24,000 nucleotides of DNA from Candidatus Electrothrix gigas (GTDB lineage: Bacteria > Desulfobacterota > Desulfobulbia > Desulfobulbales > Desulfobulbaceae): assembly GCA_022766165.1 (NCBI GenBank), contig QYLO01000035.1, forward strand, positions 1 to 24,000, given 5' to 3'. A program made the position numbers and the translations under genes. Every line of letters begins with the position of its first letter. The stretch's first letter is position 1. Below the pieces are notes generated by a model. It made no database searches, had not been told where the DNA came from, and saw only the letters and a program-made list of their open reading frames with translations. Below are positions 1 through 6,949 of this stretch, one piece after another.

Positions 1-1
1 G

Positions 2-112
2 GCAGGGCAGTCGCTCACGGGCACGGTGGAGAATCTGGCCGACCTGATCAGCCTGACACGGGACAACTACAGCGGCAGGCTGGTGGATGTCTTGGACATC
101 AGGATGACGTAG
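2..112 (+). CDS. 3' end of an upstream gene (partial, product unknown)
   Basis: The frame is open from the window edge and reads AGQSLTGTVENLADLISLTRDNYSGRLVDVLDIRMT*, with stop TAG at 110-112. A strong hairpin terminator follows at 170-204. The fragment is too short to assign a family. Confidence 0.35.
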   Translation, partial: AGQSLTGTVENLADLISLTRDNYSGRLVDVLDIRMT

Positions 113-169
113 GCGACTAAAGAGGAGAAGAGAGAGAGCAAGGTAAGACAGGTTGACAAGGCAAAGAAG

Positions 170-204
170 AAAAGCCCCAACCGATAAACTCGGAAGGGGC
201 TTTT
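170..204. terminator. Bidirectional intrinsic terminator between convergent genes
   Basis: Perfect 9-bp stem AAAAGCCCC (170-178) / GGGGCTTTT (196-204), with an inner 4-bp stem CCGA (181-184) / TCGG (190-193). It is T-rich on the + strand (TTTTAT). On the - strand it is followed by TTTTCTTCTTT, i.e. downstream of the PFOR stop. Confidence 0.7.
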
Positions 205-256
205 ATCAGGCTGCGTTATACGTTAGTAGCCTGTTTGGATGAAGCAAGAAGCGTTC

Positions 257-274
257 TTAGCTCTCTTAGCTCTC
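257..274. repeat. Perfect 9-bp tandem duplication TTAGCTCTC x2 spanning the PFOR stop codon
   Basis: Positions 257-265 and 266-274 are identical. On the minus strand this reads GAG AGC TAA GAG AGC TAA (E S stop, E S stop). Confidence 0.9.
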
Positions 275-3200
275 CTCAAGCGCCTTAAAGCGGCTCTGGA
301 GGAACTTCCAGCTCTTATCCACATCCTTCTGTGAAGCTTCCATCAGCTCATCGCACTGCTCAGGATTAGCCATCTTGAGCATCCGGTAACGGTTCTCGTT
401 CAGAGCATAGTCAGCAAATTTGATGGTCGGCTCTTTGGAGTCAATGATCAGCGGGTTCTTGCCCTCATCTTCCAGTTGCGGATTGTAGCGATACAGGGGC
501 CAATGTCCACAGGCAACCGCTTTCTTCTGCTGCTCCAGACCCATAGCCAGGTTCAGGCCGTGGTTGATGCAGTGAGCATAAGCAATAATGATGGACGGTC
601 CGTCATAAGCCTCGGCCTCGTTAAGAGCCTTAACCACCTGCTGCGGGTTGGCACCCAGAGCAATCCTGGCCACATAGACGTTACCATAGGTGGAGAAGAT
701 CATGCCCATATCTTTTTTAGCCATTTTCTTCCCACCAGCAGCAAACTGCGCCACAGCCGCACGCGGGGTAGACTTGGACATCTGACCACCGGTGTTGGAG
801 TAGACCTCAGTATCCAGAACCAGCACGTTGATGTTCTCACCAGACGCCAGAACGTGGTCCAGTCCACCGTAGCCGATATCGTAGGCCCAACCGTCGCCGC
901 CAAAGCACCAGACAGACTTCTTGACCAGGTAGTCAGCAACCGGCAGGAGGCGAGTAGCGGTGGTGCTGTTGCTGCCTGCCAGAGCAGCTTTTAGCTCCTC
1001 AACCCGAACACGCTGTGCTTCGATCTCATCCTGAGTTGTCTGGCTTGCATCCAACAGAGAATCTGCCAGCTCTTTACTGACCAGCCCTTCTTCAACAGCC
1101 AGTTCCAGCAGCTCTGCTGCCTGCATTCCCAGCTTGTTCACAGATTGGCGCATACCCAGACCGTACTCGGCATTGTCCTCAAACAGGGAGTTAGACCAGG
1201 AAGGACCGCGTCCGTCTTCACGCTGACAATACGGAGTGGTGGGCAGGTTACCGCCGTAGATGGAGGAACAACCGGTTGCATTGGCAACCATCAGACGATC
1301 ACCGAAAAGCTGAGTAACCAGCTTGATGTACGGGGTCTCACCACAACCTGCACAGGCTCCAGAGAACTCGAACAGGGGTCGCTTGAGCTGGCTGCCCTTA
1401 ACGGTTGCCGGGTTGATGGAGGCGTTATCCATCTCAGGCAGTGCCATAAAGGTCTTCCAGTTGGCCAGCGACTCGTTCAAGACCTCTTCGGTATTGGTGA
1501 TCATGGTCAGCGCAGACTCTTCGGTCTTGTTGCCTTCAGCATCTTTCTTGCGTGCCGGACAGGCAGTGGAACAGAGGGTGCAGCCTGCGCAGTCTGCTGT
1601 GGAGATCTGAACAGTGAACTTTTTACCCTTAAAATCTTTGCCATTGGCATCAGCGGTTTTAAAGCTCTCTCCTGCTCCTGCTGCTTGGAGATCTTCCTCA
1701 GAGGCAACCTTGATACGGATACAGCCATGCGGGCAGACCAGGGAGCATTTACCACACTGGATACAGGTTGCAGGAGACCATTCCGGTACTTTTACCGCAA
1801 TGTTCCGTTTTTCCCACTGGGTAGTGGCGGTGGGCCAGCGACCGTCAGCAGGCATCTCAGAGACCTTGATCTCCTCGCCCTTGCCTTCGATCATCTTAGC
1901 AGTTACTTCCTTAACAAACTCAGGAGCCTCAGCAGGTACGGTCGGCGGTAACTCATGCCCGGTGATCTTATCAGACAGAGTAACTTCAACGATGTTCTCC
2001 ACTGCTGCATCAACAGCATCGTAGTTCATGTTGACGATCTTGTCGCCTTTCTTGCCGTAGGTCTTCTTGATCGCAGTCTTGATCGCATCAATGGCCTCGT
2101 CTTTCTTGAGGATACCAGAGATCAGGAAGAAGGCGGTCTGCATGATCATGTTGATGCGTGCGCCCAGACCAATGGCTAGCCCCAGCTTAATTGCATCAAT
2201 GATGTAGAATTTGGCGTTCTTGTCAATGAGCTGCTGCTGCACCTTGGCCGGGAGATGATCCCAAACCGTGTCCTTGTCAAAGGTGGTGGTCAGCAGAAAG
2301 GTGCCGCCGTCTTCCAGATTAGCCAGCATGTCGTAGCTGTCCAGAAAGGTAAAGTTATGGCAGGCAATGAAACTGGCCTTGTTGATCAGGTACGGAGCAA
2401 CAACCTGGTTCTCACCAAAACGGAGATGAGACACGGTCATGGACCCGGATTTCTTGGAGTCGTAGACAAAATAGCCCTGCGCCGAGTTGTCTGTTTCAGT
2501 GCCGATGATCTTGATGGTGTTCTTGTTGGCACCCACCGTCCCGTCAGAACCCAGACCGTAGAACATGGCCCGATACACGTCGTTGCCTTCAATGTTGTAG
2601 GTCTTATCGTAGTCCAAAGAGGTGTGGGTTACGTCATCATTGGGACCAACACAGAAGTGATTTTTCGGAGCCAGAGCAGCCATGTTGTCGTACACAGCTT
2701 TCACCATAGCCGGGCTGAATTCCGCAGAACCCAGACCGTAACGACCGCCCAGTACCAGCGGCGTAATCATGGTTGGATTGGCTTCAGCAGCCTCACCTAA
2801 AGCAGCACGGACATCCAAGTACAGGGGATCACCGGGTGCGCCTGGTTCTTTGCAGCGATCCATAACCGTAATGCGTTCAACGCATGAGGGCAGAGCATTC
2901 ACCATAGCCTTCATGTCAAACGGACGGAACAGGCGAACAATAACCATACCCACCTTGCGGCCCTCTGCGACCAATTGGTCAATGGTGGCAGCAACCGTCT
3001 CTGCACCGGAACCCATGATCACAACAACGTCGGTTGCATCAGGTGCGCCGTAGTAATCAAAGAGGTTGTACTGACGACCAGTCAGGGCTGCGAATTTGTT
3101 CATGGTTTCTTGAACAATACCCGGCACCGCATTATAGTACTTGTTCACGGTCTCACGACCGGTGAAGTAAACATCTGGGTTCTGAGCTGTACCAGACATA

Positions 3201-3841
3201 GACGGGCGATCCGGGGTCAGGGCCCGCTCACGGTGTTCGGTGATCAGCTTCTCATCGATCATCTCCAGCATGTCTTCGTTGGTCAACTGCTCCATCTTCT
3301 GGATCTCATGAGAGGTGCGGAAACCGTCAAAGAAGTGGAGAAAGGGAATCCGTGAAGCCAGGGTGGCCTGAGTGGAGATCAGTGCCATATCCTGTGCTTC
3401 CTGAACATTCTGCGAGCAGAGTTGCGCCCAACCAGTCTGACGGGCGCTCATCACGTCGCCGTGATCGCCAAAAATAGACAGACCTTGGCAGGCAACAGAG
3501 CGGGCCGTAACATGGAAAACAGTTGGGGTCAACTCACCAGCCAGTTTGTACATGTTGGGCAGCATCAGCAACAGGCCCTGAGAAGCGGTAAAGGTGGTGC
3601 AGAGCGCACCAGTGGCCAAAGAGCCGTGCAGGGAGCCGGCAACACCGCCCTCGGACTGCATCTGAGAAATAACCGGTATTGAACCCCAGATATTTTTCTG
3701 CTTCGCAGTGGCCTTGGCATCCGCCTCAGCCGCCATCGGTGAAGAAGGAGTGATGGGGTAGATGGTGATGACTTCACTGGTGGCGTAGGCTACATGGGTA
3801 CATGCCTGATTGCCGTCAATGGTGACCATTTTTCGCGACAT
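266..3841 (-). CDS. por: Pyruvate:ferredoxin (flavodoxin) oxidoreductase, homodimeric single-polypeptide type
   Basis: 1191-aa ORF. The N-terminus MVTIDGNQACTHVAYATSEVITIYPITPSS, the GGVAGSLHGSL motif, the internal 2x[4Fe-4S] ferredoxin domain (CIQCGKCSLVCPHGCI ... CAGCTLCSTACP) and the TPP-binding GGDGWAYDIGYGGLDH motif are all classic NifJ/PFOR hallmarks. SD GGGAGA lies upstream of the ATG at 3841. Confidence 0.97.
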   Translation of the reverse strand: MSRKMVTIDGNQACTHVAYATSEVITIYPITPSSPMAAEADAKATAKQKNIWGSIPVISQMQSEGGVAGSLHGSLATGALCTTFTASQGLLLMLPNMYKLAGELTPTVFHVTARSVACQGLSIFGDHGDVMSARQTGWAQLCSQNVQEAQDMALISTQATLASRIPFLHFFDGFRTSHEIQKMEQLTNEDMLEMIDEKLITEHRERALTPDRPSMSGTAQNPDVYFTGRETVNKYYNAVPGIVQETMNKFAALTGRQYNLFDYYGAPDATDVVVIMGSGAETVAATIDQLVAEGRKVGMVIVRLFRPFDMKAMVNALPSCVERITVMDRCKEPGAPGDPLYLDVRAALGEAAEANPTMITPLVLGGRYGLGSAEFSPAMVKAVYDNMAALAPKNHFCVGPNDDVTHTSLDYDKTYNIEGNDVYRAMFYGLGSDGTVGANKNTIKIIGTETDNSAQGYFVYDSKKSGSMTVSHLRFGENQVVAPYLINKASFIACHNFTFLDSYDMLANLEDGGTFLLTTTFDKDTVWDHLPAKVQQQLIDKNAKFYIIDAIKLGLAIGLGARINMIMQTAFFLISGILKKDEAIDAIKTAIKKTYGKKGDKIVNMNYDAVDAAVENIVEVTLSDKITGHELPPTVPAEAPEFVKEVTAKMIEGKGEEIKVSEMPADGRWPTATTQWEKRNIAVKVPEWSPATCIQCGKCSLVCPHGCIRIKVASEEDLQAAGAGESFKTADANGKDFKGKKFTVQISTADCAGCTLCSTACPARKKDAEGNKTEESALTMITNTEEVLNESLANWKTFMALPEMDNASINPATVKGSQLKRPLFEFSGACAGCGETPYIKLVTQLFGDRLMVANATGCSSIYGGNLPTTPYCQREDGRGPSWSNSLFEDNAEYGLGMRQSVNKLGMQAAELLELAVEEGLVSKELADSLLDASQTTQDEIEAQRVRVEELKAALAGSNSTTATRLLPVADYLVKKSVWCFGGDGWAYDIGYGGLDHVLASGENINVLVLDTEVYSNTGGQMSKSTPRAAVAQFAAGGKKMAKKDMGMIFSTYGNVYVARIALGANPQQVVKALNEAEAYDGPSIIIAYAHCINHGLNLAMGLEQQKKAVACGHWPLYRYNPQLEDEGKNPLIIDSKEPTIKFADYALNENRYRMLKMANPEQCDELMEASQKDVDKSWKFLQSRFKALEES

Positions 3842-4312
3842 TGATAAATTCTCCCTTAATCGTGAGGTTAACGTGTTCCGGCAATTCTACCGGAAAATAT
3901 AATAAAAAGACTACAGTGTGATCTGTTCGTTCGGGTCTGGAGTGACATATTTCTTCAGCCTTGCGTCTGCTCAACATATTGCGCTGTGCCGGTTTCCATG
4001 ATACAACATAGAGATTTTCTGAGAGGTTGCCTGCCTTTGTTTGAAAGACTCTATTGAACACAATATCTTTGTAAAAGGGCAAAAGTTTATCATTATAGAA
4101 TATAATCGTCAACTATGCAATATTAAATCCGGTCGATACGAGAAGGACGGTAAGAAAGAAATCAGACAGGGCTATGGATTGCCTTTGAGATAGGACGTTG
4201 ATACTACTAGCTTACGGAGGGTGGATAGGGGATATTTTTATCGTAGGAATCCATCCCCCTCCCCCTCTGAAGGGAAAGAGGGAGGGATAGACTATTTGCC
4301 TTTTATTTGCTT

Positions 4313-5080
4313 TTATTTGTACTCGTCCAAATAAATCCAGAGAACAGCACCCAACTCAACACCTTTTTCCTGACCGTTCGGATCAGTAATCGTGTAATCA
4401 GCCTCATTCAGCGCTGCAAATCCCCACCAGCCTGCTTGAGGACAGGTAAAGGTAAATACCCCGTTATCATCAGCCTTAACTACCTGGGTGACATGGTATT
4501 CGCTCGGCGCTGTGAATTTTTTATCTTTATTGTACAGCTCTACTTCAACCTCTGCACCGGGAACCGGATCGCCATTCAGCAGAACTTGGCCGGAAAAGCT
4601 GTTGCCTGCATAGTTACCAAAAGGACGGGTAAGCGGAACAATCTCTGTGGCAATACCGACTGGCTCGTCCCAGCCCTGATCACCACCAAAGGCTGCGATC
4701 ATCGTCTTGGTGTAATGGATGATGGAGACATCCTCAGCCGGTTCCCAGTATGGGGTCGGCTCCATGACAAAGGTGTATACACCAGGGCGTTTAATGGGTA
4801 CCTCGGCTTTCCAGGCAGCACGATCCATTATATTGGTTGCCCTGAGCTTAGACAACAGATCGGTTGTTTGGCCGTCCTTAACCATGAAAAATTTCTTGGG
4901 TTTGTTCAAATTCATCCCAATCATTTCAAAGGGATGAGAAAAAGAGAGGTCAAGTGTAACACTCCTTTCTCTCGCTTCCAAAATGTTGTCCGAGGGGATA
5001 ACCATCCCAAAATGAGCAAGGGCCTCTCCGGTCATACAGGCAAGAAAGAGTGCAGCTACAGCAATGGCTTTCATCTTCAT
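4313..5080 (-). CDS. Periplasmic DUF4198 / NikK-like metal-binding protein (family assignment from memory)
   Basis: 255-aa ORF with SD AAGGAG 9 nt upstream of the ATG. It has a Sec signal peptide MKMKAIAVAALFLACMTGEALA, so the predicted mature N-terminus starts with His (HFGMVIP). Overall length and layout fit DUF4198 proteins annotated as the additional periplasmic component NikK of Ni/Co ECF transporters. Confidence 0.75.
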   Translation of the reverse strand: MKMKAIAVAALFLACMTGEALAHFGMVIPSDNILEARERSVTLDLSFSHPFEMIGMNLNKPKKFFMVKDGQTTDLLSKLRATNIMDRAAWKAEVPIKRPGVYTFVMEPTPYWEPAEDVSIIHYTKTMIAAFGGDQGWDEPVGIATEIVPLTRPFGNYAGNSFSGQVLLNGDPVPGAEVEVELYNKDKKFTAPSEYHVTQVVKADDNGVFTFTCPQAGWWGFAALNEADYTITDPNGQEKGVELGAVLWIYLDEYK

Positions 5081-5152
5081 CGTGAAATACTCCTTTTTTT
5101 ATCGTTAATCAGGTATTACTAAGTAATTATAACAACAGGAACCGATTATTCC

Positions 5153-5857
5153 TTATCCGTTTATCGACTTGTTTTTCTTCTTTTCTTGAAACCAGGCAAG
5201 GATACCAGTGAATCCGATAATACAGCCAATCCCTAAAAGGATATTCTGAATATTCGGTTTCTTATCTTGTGATTCTGCTAGTTTACGTTTAACAGGAAGT
5301 AGCTCCTTATTAACCTCTTGCCGAATCATTGCCCGTATACTCTCCATATCAATATTATCTATATTGAGCTGTTTTGTGTCCTGGGGAGAAGATGCTGCAT
5401 CTGGTACTTCCGATACTTCCGATACTTCCGATACTTCTGATGGTGCTGATTGTGCAGATGATGCAGAGGCTTCTACTGTTGATGCCGGAAGATACTCGTC
5501 TGCTGTCAGAAGCCATTCTCCACGATGACCATCACCTGCATTTACTGAGATCAAAAGATCTGACTTTTGCTTAACAGCCTGTTGAGGCGGGGCAAATTGA
5601 AATTTGCCTTGCTGGTCAGTTTTGGTTGTAAAGAGCAGAACAAGCGATTTGGCGTCTTGTACATGAACAGGGACATTTTTTGCTTTACGGCCACCGCTAA
5701 AGTATGTTTCTCCATATATCTGTTGATCACCTGACCAGCAAAAAACATTGAGCTTATGCGATTGAGCCTGTTGGGTAAAGGACAAAGAGAGTAGTGTAAA
5801 GAGTACCGTAAAGCGTACAGTAAAAAAAAGTACTGTGAGAGAAGGAGGTCGATTCAT
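5153..5857 (-). CDS. NikL-like periplasmic/membrane-anchored protein (signal peptide, beta-sandwich, C-terminal TM helix)
   Basis: The ORF track gives 5153..5908. I prefer the internal Met (MNRPPSLTVLFF...) at 5857, which yields a normal signal peptide ending AQS|HKLNVF. The carboxypeptidase-regulatory-like segment is VPVHVQDAKSLVLLFTTKTDQQGKFQF. An acidic SEVSEVSEVSEV linker and a C-terminal TM helix ILLGIGCIIGFTGILAWF follow. The start codon is uncertain, since there is no strong SD for either Met. Confidence 0.7.
   Translation of the reverse strand: MNRPPSLTVLFFTVRFTVLFTLLSLSFTQQAQSHKLNVFCWSGDQQIYGETYFSGGRKAKNVPVHVQDAKSLVLLFTTKTDQQGKFQFAPPQQAVKQKSDLLISVNAGDGHRGEWLLTADEYLPASTVEASASSAQSAPSEVSEVSEVSEVPDAASSPQDTKQLNIDNIDMESIRAMIRQEVNKELLPVKRKLAESQDKKPNIQNILLGIGCIIGFTGILAWFQEKKKNKSING
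5403..5438. repeat. 9-nt tandem repeat x4 (GATACTTCC-type) encoding (SEV)4 in the NikL-like gene
   Basis: GGTACTTCC GATACTTCC GATACTTCC GATACTTCT on the + strand. It is in-frame on the minus strand as SEVSEVSEVSEV. Confidence 0.9.
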
Positions 5858-6197
5858 TCTACCGCTTATTACAACCGGTACCGAAAGAATTTCTTTTGAA
5901 ATATGCATAACGCATTACCAGTAATATTTTTTTATTTTTTGTAATACTAAAAATTGTATTTACTGTACAGGAAATATTCTGTCAAGCCTTTTCATACGAT
6001 AGGTAAAGAGACCTAAAGAGAGAGGGGGGGGATATCGAAATCAAGAAGAGCAGGATAAGAAAAATCCAGGAAGAATTAATGCGTTAGAAAAATATTTCAA
6101 TGTGACTTGATATAACGATTGAAATTGTATATAAACATCTATTGTACTCACTCAGATATTTCATCAAGGACTTCACTCTGGCCGATAAAAAAATATA

Positions 6198-6225
6198 TTG
6201 ACAGTAAAAATATTACGGGTATCTT
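6198..6225 (+). promoter_or_regulatory. Candidate sigma70-type promoter upstream of the ferredoxin gene
   Basis: TTGACA (6198-6203), 16-nt spacer, TATCTT (6220-6225), in an AT-rich divergent intergenic region about 165 nt upstream of the ATG at 6390. Pattern match only. Confidence 0.3.
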
Positions 6226-6389
6226 TGCCCAAGTCAGTACTTATATGAAGAGTACCTCTTTCCTATCTTACGCCTCTTTTCAGAGGAAAAGTCAGGGGAG
6301 CTATTTGTCCATAATTAATCTTTAGTTTATTTTTAGTTTACTTAATTATAAAAAGGGCTCTGAGAGCCGCTAACAAGAAGGAGAAAGCT

Positions 6390-6575
6390 ATGTATGAAAT
6401 AGAAGTAGATAAAGACAAATGTACCGGTTGTGAAGAGTGTGTTGGTGCCTGTCCGGCAGGTGTTTTTGAGATTGTCGATGGAAAATCTTCCCCTGTAAAT
6501 GACGATGAATGTCTGGGTTGCGAAACCTGCGTTGAGGTTTGTGAGGTAGATGCCATCACTGTAACTGAATCCTAA
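6390..6575 (+). CDS. fdx: Small 2x[4Fe-4S] ferredoxin
   Basis: 61 aa with two cluster motifs, CTGCEECVGACP and CLGCETCVEVCE. Strong SD AAGGAG lies 7 nt upstream of the ATG. It is a plausible electron acceptor for the nearby PFOR. Confidence 0.9.
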   Translation: MYEIEVDKDKCTGCEECVGACPAGVFEIVDGKSSPVNDDECLGCETCVEVCEVDAITVTES

Positions 6576-6593
6576 AGATCGCAGTTGATGCAA

Positions 6594-6635
6594 GGGCAAC
6601 GGTTTTGTTGTTACATGTTTTCATGACCGTTGCCC
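6594..6635 (+). terminator. Possible hairpin downstream of ferredoxin
   Basis: 9-bp stem GGGCAACGG (6594-6602) / CCGTTGCCC (6627-6635), but with a long 24-nt loop and no following T-run. Confidence 0.3.
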
Positions 6636-6835
6636 AGTACTATCAAATACTCTTAAATATTATCAAGTATTTCCAGTATGATCTTTTGATGCTGAGGTCT
6701 AATCTTCGCTCTGCATACTCTTCTCTTTCTGATTTCTCCCCTCCCCTGTTTCAGTCTTTATTTCTTCTCTATTGCAGTACCGCAGCACCTTGCGTTGTAC
6801 TGTACTCATAATCAAACTTATTCGTGTTTTCATAC

Positions 6836-6868
6836 AAAAAGGGCACAAAGATTGAATCCCTGCGCCCT
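6836..6868 (-). terminator. Intrinsic terminator for the Cys-rich barrel protein gene
   Basis: The minus-strand RNA would fold as AGGGCGCA (from 6861-6868) / UGUGCCCU (from 6840-6847). That is 8 bp including one G-U, with a 13-nt loop, followed by U5 (the A-run at 6836-6840, whose innermost position 6840 also closes the stem). It lies about 80-110 nt downstream of the stop at 6950. Confidence 0.5.
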
Positions 6869-6949
6869 AAAAGCTCATCTAATATCAAAGGCATCGAATA
6901 CCCGCCGCTAGTTGCCTGCGAGTATAAAAATAAGTATTAAGCCGTCTCG

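Noticed and set aside
476-3682. Many 60-270-aa ORFs on the plus strand (476..994, 1145..1951, 2255..2800, 2975..3355 and others) and short minus-strand ORFs inside the PFOR locus
   Set aside because: All lie antisense to, or out of frame within, an unambiguous 1191-aa PFOR gene. Their translations are low-complexity, Arg/Gly/Val-rich, and typical of shadow ORFs in a higher-GC coding region.
4253-4286. Polypyrimidine/polypurine inverted repeat CCCTCCCCCTCT...AGAGGGAGGG downstream of the DUF4198-like gene, as a terminator
   Set aside because: The hairpin needs a 2-nt bulge and has no U-run on the relevant (minus) strand. It may still form a structure, but the evidence is too weak to call.
4307-5122. 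271-aa plus-strand ORF
   Set aside because: It is the exact antisense shadow of the DUF4198-like gene, which has an SD, a signal peptide and a coherent domain pattern. The plus-strand product has none of these.
6850-6868. tRNA 3'-end-like string GATTGAATCCCTGCGCCCT (a possible integration-site remnant)
   Set aside because: The T-loop does not fit (TTGAATC rather than TTCRANY) and there is no matching 5' T-stem strand or acceptor partner. The sequence is better explained as one arm of the minus-strand terminator hairpin at 6836-6868.
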